From positions 7,705-71,704 of the forward strand of contig DJCV01000010.1 of the NCBI GenBank assembly GCA_002430735.1: a stretch of DNA of 64,000 nt, written 5' to 3'. Positions 9,112 to 20,097 of this stretch are shown piece after piece. This DNA is from Candidatus Woesebacteria bacterium UBA5941 (GTDB taxonomy: Bacteria > Patescibacteriota > Microgenomatia > UBA8517). The notes under the pieces were generated by a model. It made no database searches. It had not been told where the DNA came from and saw nothing but the letters and a program-made list of their open reading frames with translations. Numbering within the stretch: position 1 is the stretch's first letter; each line of letters starts with the position of its first letter. The position numbers were made by a program, and so were the translations under genes.

Positions 9112-10149
9112 ATGTCCACAGATCCAGTACTTGATACTATAAAAGCGTTTTCTTCACAGTTACTTCAAAGCTGGGAGCAGGTGTCTTCACTCACATTGTC
9201 GTACGATTTCGACAAAATTTTAAATGTCGTTCTGTGTGGAATGGGAGGTTCCGCATTAGGAGGAAGGATTGTCCATTCACTCACCGAGCGCTCATTGCAT
9301 TTACCATTTGAAGTCGTAACGGGATACCATGTTCCGTTTTATGTAGGAGAACAAACACTCGCTATTCTTTGTTCGTATTCAGGTTCCACTGAAGAGACAC
9401 TCAATGCATTTCACGAGGCTTATGAGAAGAGAGGTCAATTGTTTACCATAACAGTCGGTGGAAAATTAGCTGAGCTCGCAGGAGAGCATCAAATTCCAGG
9501 ATATACCATTAACCCAGAATTTAATCCTTCAAATCAACCGCGATTAGCGCTTGGTTATAACGTCGGGTCACTGCTCGCACTCTTTAATAAGGCAGGATTT
9601 CTGTCTATCTCACAAGAAGAATTTGCCAGTGCTGTCCACAAAGCGGAAGGCTATGCGCAAGAATTTTCTCCAGAAATGCCTGAGGAGAGTAATGAGCCTA
9701 AGCGAATGATTAATACGCTGACCAGCAAAATCCCGGTACTCATTGCCAGTGAGCATCTAGTGGGAAGTGCCCATGCATTTAAAAACCAATTAAACGAAAC
9801 CGCCAAGACCTTCTCAGCACTTTTTGATTTGCCAGAATTAAACCACCATTTGTTAGAAGGATTGTCTTTCCCTGCTGAAGAAAAAAAGCATTTGCATTTT
9901 GTATTCATTGAAAGCGACTTATATTCAGATCGAGTGAAGAAACGATACGCAATTACAAAGGATGTACTCGATAAAAATGGGATCACACATAGTAGTTACA
10001 AGGTAAGATCTATGGATACCTTGTCCCAAGTGTTTGAACTGTTAACCTTCGGTTCGTTTGTTCAGTATTATTTAGCACTTAAAAACAATGCAAAAATGAT
10101 GGAAATTCCATGGGTTGATTACTTCAAAGAAGAAATGGCAAAGGAGTAG
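9112..10149 (+). CDS. Bifunctional phosphoglucose/phosphomannose isomerase (SIS domain, archaeal type)
   Basis: VVLCGMGGSALGGRIV is an SIS phosphosugar-binding motif. Both size and context fit. Confidence 0.7.
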   Translation: MSTDPVLDTIKAFSSQLLQSWEQVSSLTLSYDFDKILNVVLCGMGGSALGGRIVHSLTERSLHLPFEVVTGYHVPFYVGEQTLAILCSYSGSTEETLNAFHEAYEKRGQLFTITVGGKLAELAGEHQIPGYTINPEFNPSNQPRLALGYNVGSLLALFNKAGFLSISQEEFASAVHKAEGYAQEFSPEMPEESNEPKRMINTLTSKIPVLIASEHLVGSAHAFKNQLNETAKTFSALFDLPELNHHLLEGLSFPAEEKKHLHFVFIESDLYSDRVKKRYAITKDVLDKNGITHSSYKVRSMDTLSQVFELLTFGSFVQYYLALKNNAKMMEIPWVDYFKEEMAKE

Positions 10150-10161
10150 TAGCGAGCTACT
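10141..10161. terminator. Hairpin between convergent genes
   Basis: ggagtag-tagcgag-ctactcc covers the pgi stop codon. There is no clear U-run. Confidence 0.3.
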
Positions 10162-10180
10162 CCTTCGCGAAATGAATTTG

Positions 10181-10789
10181 CTAACTACCAACTGCAATTG
10201 CAAAAAGCGCATCCTGGATTGTTTCGTATCGCCTCTGTTCGTGCGCTGCGAACATAAACGCTGCCTGTTGCAGAGGCGTATTCCCAACATAGTTATCATG
10301 GGCGCGCACCCAGGCAATAGTACCCGGAAACGGATTCGTGTCATCCAATCCGAGACGAAACACTGCATCAGATTGTTTAACAGTAATTGCTCCATTGATC
10401 ACAAAGATCTTGTCGTCACGGAGGGTTGTTGCGCCATCCTTCCAAATGCTGAGTCGAATAAGATATACCTCATCAATCTCAATCCCTAACTTGCGCCAGA
10501 GAGACGGAAAGATAGTGCCTAAAATCGTTGGATAATAGATATCGAGCATTGTTTTCAATGCACTCGCATCTTGCGCACGCGCTGGAAGTTCCGTTGGGAA
10601 GTGAACTCCAATCCTCGGATCATCCGAATACAACTGGGTAAACAATTCGCCAACGACAACAAGAGGATGTGCCTGGCCCAAGATGAAAAAATGCCCGAGT
10701 TGAATTTCTGTCCCGCCATCCTTCGGTATCTGAAACATCGTCCCTCTAATGTCACACTTGGAAAACTCATTGAAGTCTAAAGCAACCAT
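10181..10789 (-). CDS. Hypothetical protein (202 aa)
   Basis: Long ORF. I recognise no family. Confidence 0.5.
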   Translation of the reverse strand: MVALDFNEFSKCDIRGTMFQIPKDGGTEIQLGHFFILGQAHPLVVVGELFTQLYSDDPRIGVHFPTELPARAQDASALKTMLDIYYPTILGTIFPSLWRKLGIEIDEVYLIRLSIWKDGATTLRDDKIFVINGAITVKQSDAVFRLGLDDTNPFPGTIAWVRAHDNYVGNTPLQQAAFMFAAHEQRRYETIQDALFAIAVGS

Positions 10790-10899
10790 ACAAACGACTC
10801 CTTTATCCCAATCTTATGCGATAAACGTATTATATAATAATTTCAGTTTTCTCGCTTGCACTGACTGCAAAACTTCTCTACTATGAATAAGTAACGTAT

Positions 10900-13176
10900 A
10901 TGCCAACTGCCCACCCGTTAGTCGCATTCTTCAAAGATATCGATAAACACGATATTCCTTTAGTCGGTGGAAAAGGTGCCAATTTGGGAGAGATGACCCA
11001 GGCAGAGTTTCCAGTACCGTATGGATTTGCAGTAACCGTTGTCTCATACGATCGATTCTTGGACGATAGCGGATTGCGAGATGAAATCAATGCAATACTC
11101 GCACAACTTGATGTTGATAATTCTGATGAATTAAATAGAGCAACGAAACATATTGAGCGACGAATCCTCAATGCTGATTTCCCAGAAGATGTTGCAAAAG
11201 AAGTATTAGTCGCTTACCGAAAACTTTCAGGAATGCTTTCAAAAGCCACAGTCGCTGTCAGAAGCTCCGCAACAGCAGAAGATCTTCCAGGCGCTAGCTT
11301 CGCAGGTCAACAAGCAACATTCCTAGACGTTAAAGGTGACAAAGATTTATTGCAAAAAATTAAAGAGTGTTGGGCTTCACTATTTACTGCGCGAGCAATT
11401 TTCTACCGCGTACAAAACAAAATTAAACACGATCGAGTGAAAATTTGTGTGATCGTTCAAAAAATGGTGCAATCCGAAGTTTCTGGTGTTATGTTCTCAA
11501 TGAACCCAGTTACAAACGAAAAAGATAGAATCGTTATCGAATCAGTATGGGGTCTGGGAGAAATGATTGTGCAGGGTTCTGTTCTTCCTGATAAATACGT
11601 TGTACAAAAGGAAACATTTGCAATCCTTTCAAAAGAAGTATCTGATCAATCAAAACAATTAGTGCGCAGTAAAACAGGAACGGAAGAAAAACCAGTTCCA
11701 ATGGGATGGCGTGACAAACAAAAGATTACAGACAAGGAAATCGTAGCATTAGCAAAACTCGCGGATAGACTCCAAGCTCACTATTATTTTCCACAAGATA
11801 TTGAATGGGCAAAGCAAAATGGAAAGCTCTACATTACTCAAACCCGTCCAATAACAACGATGGCTGCAGTTAAAAAAGCCAGCAGTCAAACCGTCGGAGA
11901 GATGGAAGTTGCAGCACCAATATTACACGGAACATCTGCAAGTCCAGGAGTTGGAACAGGTCGCGTTAAGATTTTGAAGTCTCCGAAGGAGATCGGGAAA
12001 ATTCATGAAGGTGACATCTTAGTTGCTGAGATGACTTCCCCTGATTATGTTCCCGCAATGAAGAAAGCTGCCGCTATTATCACTGATGCCGGAGGATCGA
12101 CTTCTCACGCAGCAATCGTTTCACGAGAACTTGGCGTTCCTTGTGTTGTTGGAACGCGTGATGCGACACACAAGTTAAAGGATGACGTTGTGGTAACTGT
12201 AGACGGTACAAAAGGGCTCGTGTATTTGGGTGGAAAACTCCCAGCTGGCTCTGAGCCTCTGGTCAAGAAAGTGTTGAAGAAAAAGAAGCGAAAAATTAAA
12301 ACAGCAACAAAGATTTATGTTAATTTAGCAGAACCAGAACGTGCTCGAGAAATTGCAAAGAAACACGTAGATGGAGTTGGACTCCTACGAGCTGAGTTTA
12401 TGATTGCAAACATTGGGATCCATCCAAAAGAAGCAATTAAGCAAAAAACACAAGATAAGTTTATTAAAAAGCTCGCTCACGACTTAGAGACATTTTGTGC
12501 AGCATTTTATCCACGTCCAGTTACATATCGTGCGACTGACTTTAAGACAAATGAATATAGAGCCCTCCCTGGGGGTAAAGTATGGGAACCAATTGAGCCA
12601 AACCCACTCCTTGGTTTCCGTGGAGCATTCAGATATGTCGCAAACCCAGAAGTATTCAACCTTGAGTTGCAAGCCATAAAGCTTGTTCGAGAGAAATACA
12701 AGAATTTGAACCTTATGATTCCATTTTGTCGATCTCCTGAAGAATTAGCTCGGGTTCGAAGACTGGTTTCAGCATCAGGTCTTTTTGAAAGCACGACATT
12801 TAAGTTCCTCATGATGTGTGAACTCCCAGTCAATGTCATCTTGCTCGAAGAATTTATTAAGGTTGGAATAGACGGAGTGTCTATCGGAAGCAATGACTTG
12901 ACGATGTTGCTGCTTGGTACAGATCGTGATAATTCTGAAGTTGCCCAAGCATTTAACGAACGATCAGAAGCCGTTGATTGGGCATTAAAGAGAGTTATTA
13001 AAACCTGTAACAAATATGGCATTACGTCATCAATCTGTGGTCAGGCACCATCAACATATGAAGATTTAGTGGAGAAGTTAGTAAAATGGGGTGTTACTGG
13101 AATCTCTGTGAATCCAGATGCGGTTGAACGAGTACGCGAAGTTGTTTCAAAGACCGAAAAGGAAGTTATTTCCTAA
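10900..13176 (+). CDS. ppsA: Phosphoenolpyruvate synthase (pyruvate, water dikinase)
   Basis: PEP-utilising mobile-domain motif GGSTSHAAIVSRELGVPCVVG. The N-terminal ATP-grasp region and the C-terminal TIM region are visible. Confidence 0.9.
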   Translation: MPTAHPLVAFFKDIDKHDIPLVGGKGANLGEMTQAEFPVPYGFAVTVVSYDRFLDDSGLRDEINAILAQLDVDNSDELNRATKHIERRILNADFPEDVAKEVLVAYRKLSGMLSKATVAVRSSATAEDLPGASFAGQQATFLDVKGDKDLLQKIKECWASLFTARAIFYRVQNKIKHDRVKICVIVQKMVQSEVSGVMFSMNPVTNEKDRIVIESVWGLGEMIVQGSVLPDKYVVQKETFAILSKEVSDQSKQLVRSKTGTEEKPVPMGWRDKQKITDKEIVALAKLADRLQAHYYFPQDIEWAKQNGKLYITQTRPITTMAAVKKASSQTVGEMEVAAPILHGTSASPGVGTGRVKILKSPKEIGKIHEGDILVAEMTSPDYVPAMKKAAAIITDAGGSTSHAAIVSRELGVPCVVGTRDATHKLKDDVVVTVDGTKGLVYLGGKLPAGSEPLVKKVLKKKKRKIKTATKIYVNLAEPERAREIAKKHVDGVGLLRAEFMIANIGIHPKEAIKQKTQDKFIKKLAHDLETFCAAFYPRPVTYRATDFKTNEYRALPGGKVWEPIEPNPLLGFRGAFRYVANPEVFNLELQAIKLVREKYKNLNLMIPFCRSPEELARVRRLVSASGLFESTTFKFLMMCELPVNVILLEEFIKVGIDGVSIGSNDLTMLLLGTDRDNSEVAQAFNERSEAVDWALKRVIKTCNKYGITSSICGQAPSTYEDLVEKLVKWGVTGISVNPDAVERVREVVSKTEKEVIS

Positions 13177-13209
13177 CATTCGATAAGAATTACTTTATAA
13201 TGATCTTCA

Positions 13210-14490
13210 ATGGCTAAGATAACCAAAATTTGGGCGAGAGAAATATTAGATTCTCGTGCTACTCCGACTGTTGAAGCTGCGTGCCAACTCGATACTGGGC
13301 TGATTGCAGTTGCATCAGTCCCTTCAGGAATGTCGACCGGATCCCACGAAGCGCTTGAACTGCGTGATGGAGATGCGACCAGATACTGGGGTAAGGGAGT
13401 ATTGAAAGCCGTTTCGAACGTCAATACGGTTCTAGGCCCAGCTATTGCACAAGCAGGAATTGATGCGTCAAATCAGCAACAAGTTGATGATTTATTGAGA
13501 CAACTCGACGGCACTGAGAATAAGTCTAAATTAGGCGCAAACAGCATACTTGCGGTATCACAAGTAATATTAAAGGCTGGAGCTGCAAGTCAAAACATGC
13601 CAATTTACCAGTGGGTTGCAATGCTTGCAAAAGCAAAAGGAATCGAAGCTCGAATTCACGCTCCCACCCCACTTTTTAACATGATAAACGGAGGATTGCA
13701 TGGGGCAGGAAACCTCGACTTCCAAGAATTTTTTGTAATTCCTGCAAGTTCAAAGCCGTATTCAGAAGGGCTTCGTATTGGAGTGGAAATCTACATGACA
13801 ATTGGAAATAACTTAGCAAGACGAGGTGCAATTCACTCTGTTGGGAATGAAGGAGGATATGCGCCGAATTTGTTCACCAATACCGATGCCCTTGAAATAT
13901 TAGTAGAGTCAATCAGGGAAGCTAATTACCAAATTGGCCGAGATGTATTTCTCGGGTTAGATGTTGCAGCAGACACATTTTATAAAAACGGTGTGTACAC
14001 CATTCGCGATAAATCTACTCCATTAAACGAGACAGCGTTGATTGAATTTTATAAAGAAGTAAACAATATGTATCACTTAGCAGTACTTGAAGACCCACTG
14101 TATGAAGACGGGTGGGAGGGGTGGAAGAAGTTGAGACAAACGTTAGGTGACCAAATTGCAATTGTTGGGGATGACTTATTAGTTACCAATCCAAAACGTG
14201 TTGAAAAAGCAATTGCAGAGGAAGCATGTAATGCAATTTTAGTTAAGCCAAACCAGATTGGAACTATTTCAGAAACAATTGATGTTATTAAAAAAGCACG
14301 AGACGCGAAGTGGAAGGTTATTGTCTCTCACAGGTCTGGAGAAACTAATGAATTTTTAATTGCAGACTTTGCCACAGGAGTGGGCGCTGATTATGTGAAG
14401 TTCGGTGCTCCTGCACGAGGAGAGCGCGTTGCCAAATACAATAGACTTCTTTCTATTGAAGCAGAGCTCATGATGACTCAAAACAAATAA
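13210..14490 (+). CDS. eno: Enolase
   Basis: MAKITKIWAREILDSRATPTVEA is an enolase N-terminal signature, and the C-terminal SHRSGETNEF motif is present. Confidence 0.95.
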   Translation: MAKITKIWAREILDSRATPTVEAACQLDTGLIAVASVPSGMSTGSHEALELRDGDATRYWGKGVLKAVSNVNTVLGPAIAQAGIDASNQQQVDDLLRQLDGTENKSKLGANSILAVSQVILKAGAASQNMPIYQWVAMLAKAKGIEARIHAPTPLFNMINGGLHGAGNLDFQEFFVIPASSKPYSEGLRIGVEIYMTIGNNLARRGAIHSVGNEGGYAPNLFTNTDALEILVESIREANYQIGRDVFLGLDVAADTFYKNGVYTIRDKSTPLNETALIEFYKEVNNMYHLAVLEDPLYEDGWEGWKKLRQTLGDQIAIVGDDLLVTNPKRVEKAIAEEACNAILVKPNQIGTISETIDVIKKARDAKWKVIVSHRSGETNEFLIADFATGVGADYVKFGAPARGERVAKYNRLLSIEAELMMTQNK

Positions 14491-14726
14491 AAGACCACGG
14501 GGTATTCCCGTGGTTGCAGTCTATCACTTGCTAAAAATCTGCTGAATTTCCTCGAATGGTTAATACAACTGCTGAAATAAGAAATGCTTACTAGTACGAC
14601 TACCGCGATGTGCGACTGTGTTTCTCTTGGTAGACCAGTACGGGACAACGACTGTTCATACTCAATAAGCACCCATACTCCAAGTAGAGAAAAGAAAATA
14701 CCAATACCTCTCACGAAAATTTTCAT
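14478..14726 (-). CDS. Possible small membrane protein (83 aa)
   Basis: An internal Met is preceded by AGGAGAG. Hydrophobic segments. The 3' end runs through the eno terminator palindrome (accacgg..ccgtggt, 14498-14518). Confidence 0.3.
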   Translation of the reverse strand: MKIFVRGIGIFFSLLGVWVLIEYEQSLSRTGLPRETQSHIAVVVLVSISYFSSCINHSRKFSRFLASDRLQPREYPVVFYLF

Positions 14727-14807
14727 GTTACTCTCCTGTAATCGTCGTTCTGACTCAGAGTATACAACCGCAAATACAGGATTCAAGTGTAGTACACTAA
14801 AGAACAT

Positions 14808-16469
14808 ATGAAAGATCATAGGTTTGCGATGCTTGTTGTCCTTGATGGATGGGGAGTAGGACCTGCGAGTCCAGGGAACGCAATGTCACAAGCAAATACT
14901 CCGAACATGAAACGCTTCTTAGCCAGCTTTCCTCATACTCAATTGGGTGCGTCAGGAGAATCAGTCGGGTTACCTCGCGGTGAAGTAGGTAATACTGAAA
15001 CAGGTCATTTAAATTTAGGTGCTGGACGTATTGTGTACCAAGATCTCGCCCGTATTAATATGTCTATTGCGGATGGGTCATTTTTTGAAAACCAAGTGCT
15101 CATTGATGCGACAGAGCATGTAATTAAAAACAAATCAAAACTGCATGTCATGGGTCTTATTGGAGCAGGGGGAGTGCATAGCAACATTGAACACTTATAT
15201 GCACTCTTACACTTTGCCGCACAGAAGCACATTTCCGAAGTGTATCTCCATGCCTTTACCGATGGACGGGATTCACCACCTAACGCAAGCGCAACGTATT
15301 TATCTCAAGTACAGGATGTTATGAATCGAGAGAAGGTAGGGAAAATCGCTTCAGTGATGGGCCGCTACTGGGCAATGGACAGAGACCTTCGGTGGGATAG
15401 AACAGCAAAAGCGTATTTTGCATTAACCAAAGGCGAGGGTCATTTGTTTAAAACCGCAAAAGAAATCATTGATGATTCATACTTAAGAGGGCAGTCTGAT
15501 GAATTTATTGAGCCATCACTTATTTCAGATGCAGCGGGCAAACCGATTGCGTTAATTGAAAATAACGATGCAGTTGTCTTTTTCAATTTCAGAATTGATC
15601 GTCCACGACAACTCGCCCGTGCATTTATCCTTCCAGAGATTTCAAGTGAAATGGGGTTTGATCCATACACCATTAAATACGAAAAACATCACATGCGTGA
15701 CAAAAATGTTCCTACCATTGGATTTCAAAGAGGGCCACTGTTGACTAATTTATTCTTTGGAACAATGACCGAATACGAGAAGCCTTTAATTGAAGCAGGA
15801 GCGAGACCACTTTTCCCACCAGAACATATTTCAATGCCATTAGGGCGCGCAGTATCTGTCGAAGGGTTAAGACAGCTGCGTGCGTCAGAAAGCGAAAAGG
15901 AGCGGTTTGTGACGTTTTATTTTAATGGGCAACAAGAAACTGCGTTTCCAGGAGAAGAGCGGTTAATTGTTCCTTCACCGAAAGTGCCAACGTATGATTT
16001 AAAGCCTGAAATGAGCGCTGTTGAATTGACCGAGGCAGTGTATCAAAAACTGTTGCATGACGGTGACTTTGCATTGGTTGTTATTAATTTTGCCAATGCT
16101 GACATGGTAGGGCACACGGGAAACTTAAGCGCTGCGATTAAAGCACTGGAAACATTAGATGTATGTTTAGGAAAACTCTCACAATATGTGTTGTCACGCG
16201 GTGGGCTCATGGTGATTACTGCAGACCACGGAAATGCAGAAGAAATGATTAATCCAAAGTCGGGCGCGGTGTCTACCGAACACACAGACAACCCGGTTCC
16301 ATTTATTGCAATCGCGAAGGAATTTGAAGCGAAGCCTGAAATGATTCCATCGGGAATATTAGCAGACGTTGCACCGACCATTTTGTCCTACTTAAATATT
16401 GGGATTCCTGCTTCCATGATGGGACGGAACTTGCTTGCAGACTTTAAAACATCTACACTCTCTCGATGA
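14808..16469 (+). CDS. gpmI: 2,3-bisphosphoglycerate-independent phosphoglycerate mutase
   Basis: iPGM family: VVLDGWGV, an ADHGNAEEM-type metal site and a C-terminal transferase domain. Confidence 0.9.
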   Translation: MKDHRFAMLVVLDGWGVGPASPGNAMSQANTPNMKRFLASFPHTQLGASGESVGLPRGEVGNTETGHLNLGAGRIVYQDLARINMSIADGSFFENQVLIDATEHVIKNKSKLHVMGLIGAGGVHSNIEHLYALLHFAAQKHISEVYLHAFTDGRDSPPNASATYLSQVQDVMNREKVGKIASVMGRYWAMDRDLRWDRTAKAYFALTKGEGHLFKTAKEIIDDSYLRGQSDEFIEPSLISDAAGKPIALIENNDAVVFFNFRIDRPRQLARAFILPEISSEMGFDPYTIKYEKHHMRDKNVPTIGFQRGPLLTNLFFGTMTEYEKPLIEAGARPLFPPEHISMPLGRAVSVEGLRQLRASESEKERFVTFYFNGQQETAFPGEERLIVPSPKVPTYDLKPEMSAVELTEAVYQKLLHDGDFALVVINFANADMVGHTGNLSAAIKALETLDVCLGKLSQYVLSRGGLMVITADHGNAEEMINPKSGAVSTEHTDNPVPFIAIAKEFEAKPEMIPSGILADVAPTILSYLNIGIPASMMGRNLLADFKTSTLSR

Positions 16470-18256
16470 CCACAAACGACACGCTACCTGTGTGGGATCT
16501 CTCTCCATTCTATAAAAGTCCTACTGACCCAAAGATTAAGTCTGATATGTCACTCCTGGCAAAAGAGTACCAGGCAATTCAGAAAAAATATAAAGGAAAA
16601 GTTCACGAATTATCAGGGGAGCAAATGGAGGCCCTTGTTGAAATAATGGAAGCGTTAAGTTTGAAATCCGGAAAACTCGGTGCATTTGCATCACTCCTTA
16701 CAACCGTTGATACCAAAAACGAGGGGTATGGTGCCCTGCAGCAAAAAATAACAGAATGGGCAGCGGACCTTTCTAAATACACTTTATTTTTTGGTATTGA
16801 ATGGAAAAAAGTGCCAGAAGAGAAAGCACTCCGTGTTATTAACGCTGTTAAAAATCCAACATACAAGCATTTCCTGACACACATGAGAGCATTTGCCCCC
16901 TATGCACTTTCTGAAGAAATAGAAGAAGTATTGATTGAGAAAGATGTCACCGGGTGGGAGAGTTGGGAGCGACTGTTTACCCAAATGACTTCTTCATTTA
17001 TCTACCTATTTAATAGAAAGAAACTGACTCAATCAGAGGTCATGAAATTACTGTCAGATCCACAGCGTGTCGTTCGAAAACAAGCATCAGAGGTGATAAC
17101 TGAAACGCTTTTTGAACGAAAAATGGAGCTTACACACATCTACAACACGCTTATTGCTGACAAAATGCTTGAAGATAAACGCCGTACATACCCTTCGTGG
17201 CTCACTGGTCGAAACCTGGGAAACAAAGTGAGCGACAAAGTCGTTAACAAATTAATCGAAAGTGTAACCGGACGGTACGATATTGTGTCTAGACACTATA
17301 CATTGAAGCGAAAACTGCTTGGACTCTCTGAACTGATGGACTTTGATCGATATGCACCGCTGAACCTATCCAAGAAAGAAACAAACATTCCATGGAATGA
17401 CGCAGTCGCGATTGTACAATCTGCATACCGTGACTTTAGTCCTGAAATGGGAGATGTTGTTGAAACGCTTTTCAAAGAAAACGCAATTCATGCTGCACTC
17501 CTTCCTCACAAGCGGCCTGGAGCTTTCTCAGCATCAACGATTGCATCAATTCATCCGTATATTCTCATGAACTACACAGGAAAAGATGATGATGTTATGA
17601 CACTCGCACATGAACTTGGTCATGCGATCCACCAGTATCTAGCAGGAAAAACCCATGGACAAATTGGGATGGGAATGCCATTAACCACCCAGGAATTGGC
17701 TTCAACCTTTGGTGAAATGATCACCTTTTCAAAACTTAAAGAAACAGTCGAAGGAAAGGAAAAATTAGCACTTCTTATGAAAAAAACTGACAGCATTATT
17801 GCAACAGTCTTTAGACAAACGGCCATGCATTGCTTTGAAGATGCAGTGCACTGGAAAAGACGAAAAAAAGGAGAACTGAAATATGATGACTTTTGTGAAG
17901 TGTGGATGAAAACTCAACGCGCAATGTTTGGTAAAAGCGTGAAATTGCGTGAAGAGTACCGAGGATGGTGGAGCTATATCCCTCATTTTATCCATACGCC
18001 CGGATACGTTTATTCATATGCATTTGGAGAACTACTCGCACTCTCGCTGTATAAACTCTATATAACGAACCCTCACGAATTCACTCCTACATATGTTGCA
18101 CTCTTAAAAGCTGGAAACTCTGATTACCCTGAGAACTTACTCAAGAAAGCTGGCGTGGATATTACAACGGATAGCATTTGGTACGAAGGACTCTCCGTGA
18201 TCGATGAGTTTGTGGCAGAAGAAACGAAACTGGCAACAGAGCTTGGGCTCATTTAA
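16466..18256 (+). CDS. pepF: Oligoendopeptidase F (M3 family)
   Basis: HELGHAIHQ zinc motif within M3-like architecture. ATGA overlap with the gpmI stop. Confidence 0.85.
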   Translation: MTTNDTLPVWDLSPFYKSPTDPKIKSDMSLLAKEYQAIQKKYKGKVHELSGEQMEALVEIMEALSLKSGKLGAFASLLTTVDTKNEGYGALQQKITEWAADLSKYTLFFGIEWKKVPEEKALRVINAVKNPTYKHFLTHMRAFAPYALSEEIEEVLIEKDVTGWESWERLFTQMTSSFIYLFNRKKLTQSEVMKLLSDPQRVVRKQASEVITETLFERKMELTHIYNTLIADKMLEDKRRTYPSWLTGRNLGNKVSDKVVNKLIESVTGRYDIVSRHYTLKRKLLGLSELMDFDRYAPLNLSKKETNIPWNDAVAIVQSAYRDFSPEMGDVVETLFKENAIHAALLPHKRPGAFSASTIASIHPYILMNYTGKDDDVMTLAHELGHAIHQYLAGKTHGQIGMGMPLTTQELASTFGEMITFSKLKETVEGKEKLALLMKKTDSIIATVFRQTAMHCFEDAVHWKRRKKGELKYDDFCEVWMKTQRAMFGKSVKLREEYRGWWSYIPHFIHTPGYVYSYAFGELLALSLYKLYITNPHEFTPTYVALLKAGNSDYPENLLKKAGVDITTDSIWYEGLSVIDEFVAEETKLATELGLI

Positions 18257-19566
18257 GAAGCTGCCATTAGTTCCTCCAACTCTTTTACATTTCCAAACGC
18301 AATCCGATCAGGAATATTTTCTTTCGCGTTCAGCATGCGTGCAGAAGTAATTGTATATAACCCATACCGGGTGTTTACGGCATCACAGGCACTTGAAAGT
18401 GAGAGATCTCGATCAATGTCCGTAAAGAGCGCTCTCTGCATATGAATATTGTCTCGCAAATCAAAACAAGAGACCGCGAGGTTTCGGACTGGCTTTCGGG
18501 GACTTTCTTCAAGAATACGAAATGCTGCCTGATAAAAATCTTGAGTAATCCACAAATCTCGATCTGTTTTATGCCCGCGATGATAGTAGCTCCCATCGCG
18601 ATATTGAATGCCCAGATGAATTCCACGAGCGCAATATCCCGCTTTTCGAACACGACTACTCATCTTCGTAACGAGCTTTGAAAGAAGGGGAGAGAGATCT
18701 TTGATCTCCTCAAACGGTTTGGGGAGTGCATAGCTATTTCCATATGTTCTTCGACCAAATTCAAAACGATCAATCTCATATCCATGCAATCGCATAAACC
18801 AGTAATATCCATTCACACTTTCAAAGGCAGCTTTCAGTTTCCATAAAGGAGCGCTATAAAAATCCCAAACTGAATAAATTCCCATTCGATTGAGACGTGC
18901 AGCGTTCTTTTCTTTAATACCAGTTAGACTCATGAGCGGAAGCCTCCGAAAAACTTCTTCATAATTCACAGAGTCAATAACATCCAACCCATCAGGCTTT
19001 GTAATTCCAGCCGCTTGTTTTGCTAAGAATCGATTTGGACCAATGCCAATTGATACAGTTAAAGAATCTCCAATTTCACGCGTTATAGCTTTTTTAATAT
19101 CTTGAGCAATCGTTACCATGCCAGTTCGATGCACTGAGAGCACTTCATCAAAATGAAGTACAAATTCATCAATCGACTTCGGAAAAAAGTCATAGGTATA
19201 TCGTGCAAGAAGTTTTCGAAATTCTCGATGAATGTGCCTGTATTTTTGAGGGTCAGGACCCATGACAATTAAATTTCGGCAAAACAGTTTTGCGTCTTTC
19301 ACCCGCATTCCCGTCTTTACTCCTTTTCTTTTTGCTTCATATGAAGCCGCTAAAATACAGCCATTGGGAGATGGATATGCAGCAACAGCTACAGGCCTAT
19401 TCCGAAGCAAGTGATTTGCTTGTTGTTCAATGGAGGCAAAACACGCATTTAAATCAATATGCATAACAAGCGGTGCGACGGGGTTAAACGGCATATCGTT
19501 CAAGGGAAAGCGGGGAGTATTATGCGTCTCCTTCACGGCATTTAATACCCAGAAGATATGTCCCAA
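18253..19566 (-). CDS. dinB: Y-family DNA polymerase IV
   Basis: MHIDLNACFASIEQ corresponds to the DinB VDMDAFFASVE box. The real start is probably the Met at 19464; the ORF track begins at 19566. Confidence 0.85.
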   Translation of the reverse strand: MGHIFWVLNAVKETHNTPRFPLNDMPFNPVAPLVMHIDLNACFASIEQQANHLLRNRPVAVAAYPSPNGCILAASYEAKRKGVKTGMRVKDAKLFCRNLIVMGPDPQKYRHIHREFRKLLARYTYDFFPKSIDEFVLHFDEVLSVHRTGMVTIAQDIKKAITREIGDSLTVSIGIGPNRFLAKQAAGITKPDGLDVIDSVNYEEVFRRLPLMSLTGIKEKNAARLNRMGIYSVWDFYSAPLWKLKAAFESVNGYYWFMRLHGYEIDRFEFGRRTYGNSYALPKPFEEIKDLSPLLSKLVTKMSSRVRKAGYCARGIHLGIQYRDGSYYHRGHKTDRDLWITQDFYQAAFRILEESPRKPVRNLAVSCFDLRDNIHMQRALFTDIDRDLSLSSACDAVNTRYGLYTITSARMLNAKENIPDRIAFGNVKELEELMAAS

Positions 19567-19841
19567 ATCTCTTCAAGTTTCCAAAAAAGAGTATCGGTAT
19601 TTAATACAAGGCGCATAAATAACGTATCCGTAGTCACAGAGAATACATGAAAGAGAGTTTTCCCTTCACGAAAGACATGATGCAGCCCTAATTTTCGAAT
19701 TACATATTCACGTCCTTTCCAGATAACAGTCTGTGGTATAACGTATGCAGGGTTTGCTGTATATGAACAAAGAACCGATACAGGTTCTGAGATTTTAAAA
19801 GATGAGAGGGCTTTTCTTTCGTCTATTGTTTGGGTTGCCAT
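19542..19841 (-). CDS. Hypothetical protein (99 aa) immediately upstream of dinB
   Basis: ORF only. The start codon sits inside a hairpin loop (19829..19859). Confidence 0.35.
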   Translation of the reverse strand: MATQTIDERKALSSFKISEPVSVLCSYTANPAYVIPQTVIWKGREYVIRKLGLHHVFREGKTLFHVFSVTTDTLFMRLVLNTDTLFWKLEEIWDISSGY

Positions 19842-20097
19842 ACATTACAATAACCCAAACAAAAACCAAAAGTCAACAGAGCAAAACAAACATTAAAATT
19901 GCAAAAAAGGGTTAGCGACTGAAATCCCTAAACCTGAAGAAAAGATATTATGCAGCAAGCGGGACTTCGTCGTACATATGCAACCACACGACACTTGGTA
20001 TTTGAATGCCAACTCTGGCAAATGCATTCTTTGCCATTGCCCAGGTCTGGGCTATCATCCCCAAAGTCGTTCGTCCACTTGCATGATCGTAATTTGT

